NCBI RefSeq assembly: GCF_029250625.1
Contig: NZ_JAQXEX010000036.1
Length of the DNA: 64,000 nt
Source: Poseidonia sp.
GTDB lineage: Archaea; Thermoplasmatota; Poseidoniia; Poseidoniales; Poseidoniaceae
Reading direction: 5' to 3' (one strand)
In this document: positions 28,877 to 44,202 of the stretch, in pieces
Position numbering within the stretch: the first letter of the stretch is position 1
Layout of the letters: the number at the start of each line of letters is the position of its first letter
Position numbers and translations under genes: made by a program
The notes under the pieces: model-generated
What the model was told of the DNA's origin: nothing
The model's database searches: none
Seen by the model: the letters and a program-made list of their open reading frames with translations, nothing else

Positions 28877-29674
28877 TCAGTATTCCATTAGGGTCCAAGC
28901 ACTCTTGAGGTCCTTGATGTTGACAAGGCCCTTGTTTGAGAGTTTGAATTCGCTACGAAGTGTGGCGTAGACCAAGGATTGCCCGAGGACAGGCGCATGA
29001 AGACGAGCCCAATCTCCTCCGTTGCCGAGGGCCATCATCGAAAAGTTGTGCTTTGAGCCACGAAGTTCGTGACATGCTTCAACGATCTGAAGCGCATCTT
29101 GATGGTCGTTAACGGTCCCGCAAAATTTGAACATCTCGCCTTCGGTTGAATGTGTTTCTACCAGTTCAATGAGTTCGGATGCACTGGGGGTTGATTCTGT
29201 GTTGTGGATGGATGATACGATTCCAACTTTGGCGGCTGAGGCCATGTCAAGGATTTCTTTACGCTGTTGCTCTTCTACGGACAACTCAACGTCAATGGTA
29301 GTAACACCAGAGGAGATGGCTTTCTTCATGATGTCAAGTCGCTCATCTTCAGTCCCGGGGAAGTGTCCGCCTTCGTTAAGGGGGCGAACGGTGAAAATCA
29401 CAGGGAGGGGGATACTTTCCTTGAGGGATGTAATTGATTCATCAGCATCAACCTCTCCAGCCTCTAGGACGTGCCATTGGTCTTCGGGTGGTAGTACGTG
29501 TCGGATTTCACCGTTCTCGTCCTCCACGGGCTCGTGAGGGGGCTTCTTGAGGTAAAGGCGGTCAAAGCGCACTTCGACCATATCGGCACCAGCAATGTTC
29601 GCTCGGGCGGCTTCGTCAGCCATTTCTTTGACGGTTGTTCCTTCAAGGGACACACAGATGTTAGGGCCAGTCAT
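28877..29674 (-). CDS. aroD: Type I 3-dehydroquinate dehydratase
   Basis: ICVSL, VEVRFD, IFTVR...EGG, IDVE, SSIHN..STP, FKF, MALG..G...R. Confidence 0.88.
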   Translation of the reverse strand: MTGPNICVSLEGTTVKEMADEAARANIAGADMVEVRFDRLYLKKPPHEPVEDENGEIRHVLPPEDQWHVLEAGEVDADESITSLKESIPLPVIFTVRPLNEGGHFPGTEDERLDIMKKAISSGVTTIDVELSVEEQQRKEILDMASAAKVGIVSSIHNTESTPSASELIELVETHSTEGEMFKFCGTVNDHQDALQIVEACHELRGSKHNFSMMALGNGGDWARLHAPVLGQSLVYATLRSEFKLSNKGLVNIKDLKSAWTLMEY

Positions 29675-29972
29675 GACCTGCCCACTTGTGTCCTCTTCTT
29701 AACGCTCACGCCGCTCGCATTCCAATCTCGTGGAGAATTTTCTGTGTGGATTCTTGGATTAACCGTTTCTTTTTGAAGGGTAAAATGCAATAATAATTAG
29801 GAGCCTTCCGGCGGAGATTTTACTGATTCAATGCCATGTTTCGGAGGCATTGGCAGGGGTATGTTTAAACACCGTGGAGGGAAGTTCAAATTGAATGGGA
29901 GGGAGTGAAAAAAATCATGTCTATATCGGGCCGCAGCCCACTTTTTTCCAATGATTATTTTACCCTTGATAA

Positions 29973-34782
<4,810 letters not shown>

Positions 34783-34877
34783 GCCTAAGCCTCATCTCGG
34801 CGAAGCGACGCATTCAAACATGAAGGCGACCCGTAGGCAAATGCGGGGCCAACTCGGTCCATGCAAAGGTGATGGCT

Positions 34878-36134
34878 ATGAAAGAGAGTTCACTCATTTA
34901 CGACTGGAATACTGTAGAATATGAATTCAGCCGAAACCCTTCAAACCACCCACACGGGGTTTGGTTTGATGATGAAACCCTACGGGACGGTTTGCAAAGT
35001 CCAAGTGCACGGAACCCTACCATTGAACAGAAAATTGAGTTGCTCAGTTTCATGGAGCAACTTGGGTTGCAAAAAGTAGACCTCGGTCTCCCCGGTGCAG
35101 GTCCGTTTCACCTCGAGCACATCGATGCCATGCTCAGCCATATCAAGGAAAACGATTACTCAATCCGACCTGGAGCCGCCGTTCGTACCCTCATGGGCGA
35201 CATCCAGCCTCTTGTCGAAATGCAAGCAAAACACGAAATGGAGATTCAGGCCTCAGCATTCCTTGGGACCAGTCCCATTCGACAGTTTACAGAAGGATGG
35301 ACCATGGAGAAACTTGTCACTACGATGGAAGGTGCTGTGTCTTACGCAGTTGAAAACGACGTTCCGGTCATGTTCGTTACCGAAGACACAACTCGCTCCA
35401 ACCCTGAAGATGTGAAAATGATCTATCAGCGTGCAATGGAACTCGGCGTTCGCCGCCTCTGCGTTTGTGATACTTGCGGACACGTCACCCCAAACGGCGT
35501 TAGGAAACTCCTCACTTTTATCGACGAAGAAGTCATCAAAGACGCCGGTTATCAGCGCCGAGACATCGAAGTCAACTGGCACGGCCACCAAGACCGTGGC
35601 CTTGGGGTAGCGAACAACATTGCAGCAGTTGAGGCGGGAGCAGACGTAATTCATGGGACCGCCCTCGGTGTTGGTGAGCGAGCTGGAAATGCGCCGCTTG
35701 ACCAAACCCTCGTCAACCTCAAACTCATGGGTGTTATTGAAAATGATTTGACGCTCTTGAATGCTTACGTGCAAAAAGCCAATGAATACATTGAGGTTCC
35801 TTTGCCCCGAAACTATCCAGTCTTTGGCGAAGATGCCTTCGAAACGGGTACCGGCGTCCACGCATCCGCCGTCATTAAGGCCATGAGAAAGGGCGACCAT
35901 TGGCTTGCAGACCGAGTGTACTCCGGAGTTCCCGCTGGCGATTTCGGCTTGAAGCAAGTCATACGAATCGGGCATATGTCGGGCCGCTCAAACATTGTCT
36001 GGTGGCTCGAACAAAACGAAATTGAAGTTTCGGACGACTTGGTCGCTCATCTCTTTGAAATCGCTAAGAGTCAAAAACGAAACATGCTGGATGAAGAAAT
36101 CCATGCTGCAGTCACTGCTTTTTCAAGTCAGTGA
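34878..36134 (+). CDS. LeuA-family acyltransferase (isopropylmalate/homocitrate/citramalate synthase-like) without a regulatory domain
   Basis: DETLRDGLQ, EDTTR, CDT.G, HGHQDRG, G.GERAGNA, GVHA, G.MSGRSN. Confidence 0.85.
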   Translation: MKESSLIYDWNTVEYEFSRNPSNHPHGVWFDDETLRDGLQSPSARNPTIEQKIELLSFMEQLGLQKVDLGLPGAGPFHLEHIDAMLSHIKENDYSIRPGAAVRTLMGDIQPLVEMQAKHEMEIQASAFLGTSPIRQFTEGWTMEKLVTTMEGAVSYAVENDVPVMFVTEDTTRSNPEDVKMIYQRAMELGVRRLCVCDTCGHVTPNGVRKLLTFIDEEVIKDAGYQRRDIEVNWHGHQDRGLGVANNIAAVEAGADVIHGTALGVGERAGNAPLDQTLVNLKLMGVIENDLTLLNAYVQKANEYIEVPLPRNYPVFGEDAFETGTGVHASAVIKAMRKGDHWLADRVYSGVPAGDFGLKQVIRIGHMSGRSNIVWWLEQNEIEVSDDLVAHLFEIAKSQKRNMLDEEIHAAVTAFSSQ

Positions 36135-36147
36135 GGTTTTTTTTCCT

Positions 36148-36309
36148 TCACCAAAAATAGTATACTGCTAGGGCTGCAAAAAGTCCAATCACAGTCATCC
36201 AGTAGAGTGGTTTGACCCAGGCCTTTTGACCAAACTTCTCATCGATTTTGTCACCTACTGCAACGAAGGTGTTCTCAACTAATTCCGCTGGTATCAGTTC
36301 AACTGGCAT
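36148..36309 (-). CDS. Small (53 aa) single-TM membrane protein missing from the ORF track
   Basis: Translates to MPVELIPAELVENTFVAVGDKIDEKFGQKAWVKPLYWMTVIGLFAALAVYYFW*. Preceded by AGGGG about 7 nt upstream; fills an otherwise empty gap. Confidence 0.65.
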   Translation of the reverse strand: MPVELIPAELVENTFVAVGDKIDEKFGQKAWVKPLYWMTVIGLFAALAVYYFW

Positions 36310-36371
36310 TTCTAATCCCCTGTAGGTTATTACAATACCAAATGAAGATTTTCCCAGCGGGCACAGAGAGG

Positions 36372-37682
36372 TTACGATTCTTCTTCAAACTCTTTTGACT
36401 CGTTGGTGATTTTTGAGCCGATCCATTCCGAATCTACACTTCCACCGCTCCATTCACCATCTAAAGAAATCTCGCTAATTTCATGTTCTTCACGCCACAC
36501 TGGGTCTTCCTGACTTCCGTTGATGATGAATTTTCCATCATCATCAATCTGTTCTTCAAGAAGGGAAAAGTGCTTCGAGATGGGCAAAAAATGACCAACA
36601 GGCATTCCCGCTGCAGTAAACGGATTTGTTGCTGCTCCGATGATGAGTCCGTCTTCTGGTGCGACAATATCCACGGTCATTCCAGGTGTTCCTGGGTCTG
36701 ATATAGTCGCCAAGACCTCGCCTTCTCGCATGACGCTTCCAGCACTAACGAACATGTCCAGAAGCCCTCCCTCTCCAGCACGAAGCCATCGTGAGCCGCT
36801 CGCCATGATACGGAAACGAGGCCGATGTGGGTTCCCTGGTATCATACGTAAAGAGCGTAAGATGTTCATGACGCCATGGACAGCGACCTTGACCGATTCG
36901 TGGCCTAGATAGTCTGCCCCTCCGCCCTCGTAGGTGATGACTGGGATTTCAGCAGCGTTGGCTGTCCGTCGAAGCGAGCCTTTTGGGGGTGTTGAGTCAA
37001 GAATGAGTTCAATCCCAAACGCCTTTGCAAGTAAGTAAGAACTTGAATGAGTCAAGTCGACACGAACTTGGGGCATATTGTCCCGTCCTTTGGCTGCGCT
37101 ATGCAGGTCAATGATTCCATCCGAGTCCTCGATGAGGTGTTTCCATATCTGGTGAGCCACGCGCTTGGTTGTAGAACTTCCTGGGTCACCAGGGAATTGT
37201 CGGTTGAGGTCACGACCATCGGGGAAATATCTGGATTTTGCCCTGTAGCCGGGAAGATTGAGTACGGGGACAATACGCAAGGTTCCTGCCATTGACTTTG
37301 GGTCAAGAGGGCGCCCTTCGTCAGTAAACGGATTGCTCAACAAATGTGTGCAAGCAGATGGTCCCGTCAATTCATCTCCATGAATGCCTCCCAACACCGT
37401 GATGCAGGGGCCGGGCCGTGATCCATGAATAACCGTAACAGGAACCGGCCACGGGTCGCCTAGACTGACGTCGAGGAGGGGGAGCGGTACAGTTCTCAAG
37501 GTCCCTGGCTTGATGCGCTTCCGGAAGAAGCGAATATCTCCCCATTCCGAACTTCGGTCCCAATCGGGCCGGTCCTCGGTTTGATGGGCCTTCATGGCTT
37601 CCTCAATCGCCATTCTCCGGCGTTTTGGCAGTTCATGGGCGACCCGAACTTTTCGGACCTTGGTTTTCTTACGCCCCGCCAT
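36372..37682 (-). CDS. Succinylglutamate desuccinylase/aspartoacylase (M14) family protein
   Basis: GGIHGDE, DLNRQFPG, IIDLHS, YEGG, C-terminal lipoyl-like hairpin. Confidence 0.9.
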   Translation of the reverse strand: MAGRKKTKVRKVRVAHELPKRRRMAIEEAMKAHQTEDRPDWDRSSEWGDIRFFRKRIKPGTLRTVPLPLLDVSLGDPWPVPVTVIHGSRPGPCITVLGGIHGDELTGPSACTHLLSNPFTDEGRPLDPKSMAGTLRIVPVLNLPGYRAKSRYFPDGRDLNRQFPGDPGSSTTKRVAHQIWKHLIEDSDGIIDLHSAAKGRDNMPQVRVDLTHSSSYLLAKAFGIELILDSTPPKGSLRRTANAAEIPVITYEGGGADYLGHESVKVAVHGVMNILRSLRMIPGNPHRPRFRIMASGSRWLRAGEGGLLDMFVSAGSVMREGEVLATISDPGTPGMTVDIVAPEDGLIIGAATNPFTAAGMPVGHFLPISKHFSLLEEQIDDDGKFIINGSQEDPVWREEHEISEISLDGEWSGGSVDSEWIGSKITNESKEFEEES

Positions 37683-37772
37683 GCATTGGGCACAGCCCCC
37701 CCCATCATGAACCATACGCTATTTTCCCATCCGAAGCCAACAACCATGAAGTGTCATGCCTGACCTGTAGGT

Positions 37773-38237
37773 ATGGCTCAAGGAGTACAGCGAGAATTTG
37801 CGCCAAGCTCAATTTGTTTTGGTTGCGGGCCGGCAAATGAACAGGGCCTGCAAATTGACTCTCACCGGATTGAAAACGGTCTTATTCTGCGATACACACC
37901 CGAAGAACATCACCAAGCCTTCCCCGGTATGATCAACGGAGGCATCATTGGGACCTTATTGGACTGCCATGGGAATTGGACTGCAGCAGTTGCTCTTATG
38001 GACGCTCAAGGCACTGAGGAGCCACCATGCACGGTCACGGCATCTTACAGCGTCCAACTGCGACGCCCGACTCCATTGAACACTGAATTGGTGGTTACAA
38101 GCCAAGTTGAGACCTTACAGGACGACCGTGCTGAAATCTCTCTTAAGCTTGAAGCCAATGGTAAGGTATGCGCAACGGGAAAAGGCCTCTTCGTGGCTGT
38201 AAAAGAAGGCCATCCTGCCTATCATCGCTGGTCTTGA
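37773..38237 (+). CDS. PaaI/hotdog thioesterase
   Basis: CFGCG..N..GL, GMINGG...TLLD, VTA...V.LRRPTP. Confidence 0.88.
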   Translation: MAQGVQREFAPSSICFGCGPANEQGLQIDSHRIENGLILRYTPEEHHQAFPGMINGGIIGTLLDCHGNWTAAVALMDAQGTEEPPCTVTASYSVQLRRPTPLNTELVVTSQVETLQDDRAEISLKLEANGKVCATGKGLFVAVKEGHPAYHRWS

Positions 38238-38246
38238 GGTTTGTTC

Positions 38247-38777
38247 ATGGTGCGCCCCAATGCCTCCCAATCAGTACGCCTTGAGTTGCTTAGAGACGAC
38301 GTGGTGGAGGAGATGAAAGGGCTCGGAATTTTTCCGTTAGAGAGCCTTACCATCGCCTCAACCGTCACACTGGGTCTTCTACGAAAGAGTTCTACACAAC
38401 GTCATGGAGTCACTCGTTGGACACGAAAACAGGGTGCGCTCGTTTTAGAAACGGTTGACCTCCATCCGGTTTTGCTTGAACAACATTGGTCGAGATATGC
38501 AGCGTTTGTACTCTATCACGAATTTCTTCACGCGGTTGGAAACAGGTCACACGACCGGGACTTTCGTGCGATGGAATCGCTATGGCCGGACATAGATGCG
38601 TCAAAACAAGGCTCTGAATTCACCAACAAGATGCGACTTGAGCGTGCATCGTGGTTATGGGTTTGTGTGCAATGCGAAATGGAATATCCTCGTCAGCGTC
38701 CAAGCGGGGGCAAATATCAATGCCGAAAATGCCGATGTCGTCTCGTTGACCGCCCCATAAAGGACATGAAATCATAA
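38247..38777 (+). CDS. SprT-like zinc metalloprotease with a C-terminal zinc ribbon
   Basis: HEFLH...H...F, then CxxC...CxxC. Confidence 0.75.
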   Translation: MVRPNASQSVRLELLRDDVVEEMKGLGIFPLESLTIASTVTLGLLRKSSTQRHGVTRWTRKQGALVLETVDLHPVLLEQHWSRYAAFVLYHEFLHAVGNRSHDRDFRAMESLWPDIDASKQGSEFTNKMRLERASWLWVCVQCEMEYPRQRPSGGKYQCRKCRCRLVDRPIKDMKS

Positions 38778-38803
38778 ACAATGGCGAATCAGCACACATT
38801 GGG

Positions 38804-40855
38804 ATGATGATGAAGAATCGCAAGGTGTTCCTCCTTTCGAGCTTGTTCTTTCTCTCGCTCATGATTCCAATGTTCACTCCTTCCGCACAGGCTGGAATTA
38901 CGTCCCTTGAGGGTGGTGGGACGATGTACCTCTCATGTCAATCGGGAAATGACTGCTCCCTCACGCCCGTCTCCATGGGAGAGGGAAAATTTTCCGGACA
39001 AAGTTTTGGCTCAACGCTTCAACCTGAAACGCTCTCCTTTGAGTTTGATGCCGCACCAGCCCAGCAACATCTTGCCATTCTCCCGGAGCAAATTGACTCA
39101 TTGATTGTTGATTTTAGGCATCAAACAGAAACTGGCGGACTTCTTCGTCCAGCCGTTGACTTTCGTCTCATTCTTGGTGAAAGCGTGACCGATTGGTCGT
39201 TTGAAAGTGAATTTGTACCGACTTCATCAGAATACCAGCCCTACACACTTGAAGACGAATTGCTGGATTCTGGGGCATCAAGAGTTCTCTGGAAAGACGA
39301 CCAAATTCGATTGATCATGGTCGTTACCCTTGACCGCCCTGGGACTTGGGAATTGAATTTGCGAGGTCCTTCAAAGATCGAGATGGAACTTCCTTGGTCA
39401 ACCGATGCAGAAGCAGCAGACGTCGATGAACCCTCGTCCACCACTCAACCGATCGTTTCGAGTTTTGACTCTGGACATCGAGGAGCTTTGGTGGGCGATG
39501 ATTGGGATTGCTGGACATTCCCCGTTGAAGAGCATGAAGTGATGACCCTCATTGTAGATTGGGAGGCGGTTCCCATAGAACTTGAGCAACCTCATGAAGT
39601 TCCGAACTTGGTGACCGAATCGGGCCGCTTGTCGCCTCAGCCAGAAGTTGTGACTAAGCTTATCGATGATGACTTGAGAATCATCTATCGCTGGCGAAAT
39701 CTCCCTGTAAATGATTACAATTTGTGCTTTAGAGGTGCCCCAGATCGGTTTCAAGCCTATTCGTGGTCAGGATTATTCGGATACGAAAGTTCAGGCCCAG
39801 TCGTATCCGATGACTTTTCTTCAGAATCCTTCTATCCTTCAGGGACAGTTCTCCTCGGTGATGAATCTGAATCCTATGCTTTGAACGAACAAGGTGTGTC
39901 CGTATTGCTTCTTTCAATCGTCATGTTTGGAGTGTTCCTGCTCGTTGCTTTTAGGCCGACAACATCGTATCCGTTGAGGTTTGGAATTTTTTTACCGGGA
40001 GTCATCTTCCTCTTTGTTGGAGGCATTATCCATCCCTTGTGGTCCATCGCTGACGAAGTACAATATGAAGACGAAATCACCATCGATGAACTCATTGATA
40101 TGCGCCTCCAACAACTTTGGGATGTTACAGCCGATGGGGTGCCTGACCGTACTCTGGTCGAGTACACCGGAGCAACATGGGGTATGTTGGCTGGTGAGCG
40201 TCTTCAACTTCGTCTTTCCATTGAACGGGCGGTTCCTCTTCAGGACAACCGTTGGCAGCTGATTGTGCCTGAATTTGAGAAATTGCGACTTGATGAAGTG
40301 ATCTTTTCGCAAGTCGCTAAAGGAAGCCAGAACTCGGCCACCCAAGGAGTGCAAGATGACCATTCCGTACGTTTTGTCCTCCTTGCAGGTCGTTCTCTCG
40401 TTCTTGACTTCTTGATGCTGGAAGCGTTGTTGGTGGTTGACGAACTCCCGTCGTCTTCCGTGTTCCACATCGACACCGTGATGGTTGGAACCAGGTCTGC
40501 AGGTTCGTTCAACACACCTGTGTGGTCCACTCGTCCAGAAGGGATCTCAGAAAAATCTTGGATCGGAATTCAAGGGGACTTGTTTCCAAAACAAATCACC
40601 ATCAGTCTTTGTGATTGTGATTTGGACCTGCTTGATGTGAATTTCCAACCATCGCAAGGATTTGATTTGAATGATGTTCCTCAAGACAAATGGGGTTTGA
40701 AAAACGCTGATGGGATTTTACCCTACGGTGCAGCCTTGATGTGGCTCGGAATGTTGCTCGGTATTGTGGCCTCTACGCTTGAATTAAGACGTTATCAAAA
40801 AGCGCAAGGAATGGCACGTTCGTTCCACCCCATAAGAGAAAACCAGTGGACTTGA
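38804..40855 (+). CDS. Hypothetical multi-domain membrane protein
   Basis: Signal peptide, large acidic ectodomain, two central TMs, one C-terminal TM; 683-aa ORF. Confidence 0.7.
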   Translation: MMMKNRKVFLLSSLFFLSLMIPMFTPSAQAGITSLEGGGTMYLSCQSGNDCSLTPVSMGEGKFSGQSFGSTLQPETLSFEFDAAPAQQHLAILPEQIDSLIVDFRHQTETGGLLRPAVDFRLILGESVTDWSFESEFVPTSSEYQPYTLEDELLDSGASRVLWKDDQIRLIMVVTLDRPGTWELNLRGPSKIEMELPWSTDAEAADVDEPSSTTQPIVSSFDSGHRGALVGDDWDCWTFPVEEHEVMTLIVDWEAVPIELEQPHEVPNLVTESGRLSPQPEVVTKLIDDDLRIIYRWRNLPVNDYNLCFRGAPDRFQAYSWSGLFGYESSGPVVSDDFSSESFYPSGTVLLGDESESYALNEQGVSVLLLSIVMFGVFLLVAFRPTTSYPLRFGIFLPGVIFLFVGGIIHPLWSIADEVQYEDEITIDELIDMRLQQLWDVTADGVPDRTLVEYTGATWGMLAGERLQLRLSIERAVPLQDNRWQLIVPEFEKLRLDEVIFSQVAKGSQNSATQGVQDDHSVRFVLLAGRSLVLDFLMLEALLVVDELPSSSVFHIDTVMVGTRSAGSFNTPVWSTRPEGISEKSWIGIQGDLFPKQITISLCDCDLDLLDVNFQPSQGFDLNDVPQDKWGLKNADGILPYGAALMWLGMLLGIVASTLELRRYQKAQGMARSFHPIRENQWT

Positions 40856-40856
40856 A

Positions 40857-41474
40857 TCACTTCTTGTCGGCTTTCTTAAGTTCTTTGGAAACGGCCTCTG
40901 TGACTTCGTCAGGATTCATTTTTGCGGCTTGGGCAGCCTTGTCAATTGATTTTGCCTCTTCATCGGTGATTTCACCGTCAGATGCCGCAGATTTGATCGC
41001 AGCCTTAACGCTCATCTCTGCTGCTTCTTCATCAGTAATGCCCAATGCTTCTTGGAACGATTTCAGTTCCTTCATTTCAGCCTCGGAAATAACGCCGTCT
41101 TCCCATGCGGAATCGTAGGCATGAACCAAGAATTCACGGTACGCTTCTTGATTGAGAAGGACGTCTCGAATCAGTCCGGTGTCGACTCCTGTATCTGAAT
41201 TCGCCATCTCGAGAAGGGCGATGGAGCGGCGGATTTCCTTTACTGCCATGTCTTTGAGCCCGTGTCCTGCCCAGACTGCACCAGCTGCCGTGACTGCAGC
41301 GGCGAACCATCGCATCACATCAGGATTGACCAAATCGCCGGGCTGAACCAAATGGAAAATTCCGAGCACTGCCATTGCAGCACCGCACATCACTTCCACC
41401 CAATCATTGAGGTCAGGCTCATCATCAAAGATGGACAATCGCTCTTCTACCATGGCCTCCATATCGTCGCTCAT
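40857..41474 (-). CDS. Two-TM membrane protein with TerB-like (DG.I...E) repeats
   Basis: AWEDGVISEAE and AASDGEITDEE repeats. Confidence 0.55.
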   Translation of the reverse strand: MSDDMEAMVEERLSIFDDEPDLNDWVEVMCGAAMAVLGIFHLVQPGDLVNPDVMRWFAAAVTAAGAVWAGHGLKDMAVKEIRRSIALLEMANSDTGVDTGLIRDVLLNQEAYREFLVHAYDSAWEDGVISEAEMKELKSFQEALGITDEEAAEMSVKAAIKSAASDGEITDEEAKSIDKAAQAAKMNPDEVTEAVSKELKKADKK

Positions 41475-41563
41475 GTGGGTGGACACCCACAGGTGGGACT
41501 TAGGCATGTCGGAAGTTCTCCGAAGCCGTTGTCCTTTTGGACTGTTGGCGTTGGTAGGGTATT

Positions 41564-44176
41564 ATGGAGGGGCCAATTACCGATGTAAGCGCCCTTGGAA
41601 TGCCGAAGGAATTTTCCGATTTTCTGCAACATCAATGGGGAATTACCAACCTCCATCCACCCCAAGCAGAGGCAGCCTCCAGCATCTTGTCTGGCCGAAA
41701 TACTCTCGTCGCGATCCCCACCGCATCAGGGAAGTCGCTACTTGCTTACATGGCTATGGTGCAGCGCTTAAGTGAAGGTCACAAACAATCAAAAGCGATT
41801 TACATCGTCCCTCTGAAAGCCTTGGCGATGGAAAAATACGAGGACCTTTCACAGATTGCAAAAGCCATGGACTTGAAGATTGGCCTCGGTATTGGGGATG
41901 CTACTGCGGAAGCAAAAAACATTGATGATTGCAACATTCTGGTTTGTACTTCTGAAAAATTAGATTCACTCCTGAGGCATAAGGCCGAACTGGTCACCAA
42001 TCTCACGTGCGTCGTAGCCGACGAATTTCACCTGATGAACGATTCCACTCGGGGGCCTACGTTGGAAATCAACCTGACACGCCTCCGCCACATCCGCCCG
42101 GACGCTCAACTCATCGCATTATCTGCCACGGTTGGAAACTGCCAGGCTCTTGCTGACTGGCTGGATGCAGATTTGGTCCAATCCGACTGGAGGCCTGTTG
42201 CCCTTGAGTACGCTACCTTCCATGATTTTCACGTGGAGCCAAGGAAGATTCAATCTTCAAACACCAACCATGATCCATCGGAGTTAAGCCCGCCACGAAC
42301 ACTTGAGGGGCTGAAAAGTCACCCAGTCTGGAGTGTGGTCAGTGATGGTTTGGATACGAAAAGTCAGGTCCTAATGTTCGTCGGGACACGAAGAAGTGCC
42401 CAATCGGAAGCAAAGAACCTCGCTAAAAGAGTTCGAAAACGATTGCTCAAAGAGGACCCAGAACGGCTTGAACGACTCCGAGAAGTGGCTGACCGTTTGG
42501 AAGGCAGGAGTCAATCCAGTCTTGCTGAACAATTGGTTCATTCGATGTCAGGAGGTGTTGGCTTCCATCATGCAGGATTGACATCCGGTCAGCGCAAGGA
42601 AGTTGAAAAGGCCTTCAAATCCGGCCTTCTTGTTGCCTTGACGGCAACCCCGACGCTTGCAGCGGGAGTGAACCTTCCCGCTCGGCGTGTCCTCGTTCGG
42701 GACCTCAAAAGATGGGATGACGGTATGAGTCGCCCACTTCCAGTCATGGAAGTTCGACAGATGCTTGGAAGGGCAGGGCGCCCAAAATACGACACTCGTG
42801 GTGAGGCTTGGGTGTATTGCAAAGGCACCGATGGTTGGGAAGTGGCCGATTCGGTATCGGACCGCTATTTCTTCGGGCCGATAGAAGACATCACCTCAAA
42901 ACTTGCAAATGAGCCTGCAATGCGGATGCATCTGCTTGCTAGTATTGCAACTGGAGGCTTGGTTCACAAAGGTTCGATTGAACATTTCTTTTCATCCACG
43001 TTTTTGGGTTCGACCATGGCGCCTTCTCAACTTCGTGAACGCCTCAATACCATGCTGGACTGGCTGGTTGAGGAACGATTTGTTAGAAAAGTTGGAGTTG
43101 ACGAACATTTTACCGCTCACTGGTTGAACAACAACCTCGACTCACAAGGAGAAGAGGCGTGGGATGATTCACTTCCAGCATGGGCGACCCCTGCGCAGGA
43201 GACAGTGGGTGTGCAGTGGAGCGCAAGCCCCATTGCTTCGCCCAAATCCAATTCACATCGGTCCGCTCACCTCAACCCCTCCCTTGGCTTCGCTCCAGCA
43301 ACGTCTCTGAGCAATACAGGCGGATGGGTTCAACCTTCAGCTGAAGAACCTCACAACATGAAGTATCAAGCAACACAAATGGGCGAAAGGGTGACTCAAT
43401 TGTACCTTGACCCTCTTTCTGCCTCAATTTTGAGGACGGGACTTCGTCGGGCCGTTCGACGAATGGTTCGGGCAGACCGGCCGGTTACTGATTTCGGACT
43501 GCTCCACTTGGCGGTAACAACTCCCGATTTCAATTCACTTTGGGCCAAGACAGCCGACATGGAAGCCAACTCACCGGTTTGGTTGAAGGCCAACTCCACC
43601 GAAGAAGAATTGTTGGTTGACCCGGGTTATGCAGAGGCTATGTTGAGCAATGTCAAAAGCGCATGGATGGTTGAGGAATGGACTGAAGAAGCAACAATTC
43701 GGGACCTTGAAAGCCGGCTTGATGTCTCGCCAGGGGACGTTCATCACCGAGTCGACCTCATGGGATGGTTGTTGGCTGGTGCTCAGCATGTTTTGATGGC
43801 CGATGATGTCTTCTCGGACGAGCACATGCACATTATTTCTGAAATCGTTCAACAAATTAGCGTTCTCCAACAGCGCGTTCGTCATGGCTGCAAACCCGAT
43901 CTGTTGCAACTTGTCAACATTCGTCACGTTGGCCGTCAACGAGCACGAGAGATGGCCTCTTTGGGATTGAGGCAACCCAATGACGTCGCAGCCATGTCAT
44001 CGAAAACCAAGAATGCTCTTCTCAGTTTGAGGGGTTGGGGTCCAATGTTGCTCGATAAAATCATTGTTGAAGTTGAACGGGTGTTGCGAAAATCTTCCAC
44101 TGATTCCGTACAGCAACAACCTATGGTGAGGGATGATGATGTACCTCTTGAAGGCGAACGCTCTGAGGATGGTTGA
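41564..44176 (+). CDS. hel308: Hel308/Ski2-like SF2 DNA helicase
   Basis: PTASGKS, TSEKLD, DEFH, LSAT, FHHAGL, TPTLAAGVNLPA, QMLGRAGRP, C-terminal HhH with GRQRAR. Confidence 0.93.
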   Translation: MEGPITDVSALGMPKEFSDFLQHQWGITNLHPPQAEAASSILSGRNTLVAIPTASGKSLLAYMAMVQRLSEGHKQSKAIYIVPLKALAMEKYEDLSQIAKAMDLKIGLGIGDATAEAKNIDDCNILVCTSEKLDSLLRHKAELVTNLTCVVADEFHLMNDSTRGPTLEINLTRLRHIRPDAQLIALSATVGNCQALADWLDADLVQSDWRPVALEYATFHDFHVEPRKIQSSNTNHDPSELSPPRTLEGLKSHPVWSVVSDGLDTKSQVLMFVGTRRSAQSEAKNLAKRVRKRLLKEDPERLERLREVADRLEGRSQSSLAEQLVHSMSGGVGFHHAGLTSGQRKEVEKAFKSGLLVALTATPTLAAGVNLPARRVLVRDLKRWDDGMSRPLPVMEVRQMLGRAGRPKYDTRGEAWVYCKGTDGWEVADSVSDRYFFGPIEDITSKLANEPAMRMHLLASIATGGLVHKGSIEHFFSSTFLGSTMAPSQLRERLNTMLDWLVEERFVRKVGVDEHFTAHWLNNNLDSQGEEAWDDSLPAWATPAQETVGVQWSASPIASPKSNSHRSAHLNPSLGFAPATSLSNTGGWVQPSAEEPHNMKYQATQMGERVTQLYLDPLSASILRTGLRRAVRRMVRADRPVTDFGLLHLAVTTPDFNSLWAKTADMEANSPVWLKANSTEEELLVDPGYAEAMLSNVKSAWMVEEWTEEATIRDLESRLDVSPGDVHHRVDLMGWLLAGAQHVLMADDVFSDEHMHIISEIVQQISVLQQRVRHGCKPDLLQLVNIRHVGRQRAREMASLGLRQPNDVAAMSSKTKNALLSLRGWGPMLLDKIIVEVERVLRKSSTDSVQQQPMVRDDDVPLEGERSEDG

Positions 44177-44202
44177 AATCCAAGAAGCCTCTGCGTTGTA
44201 GC

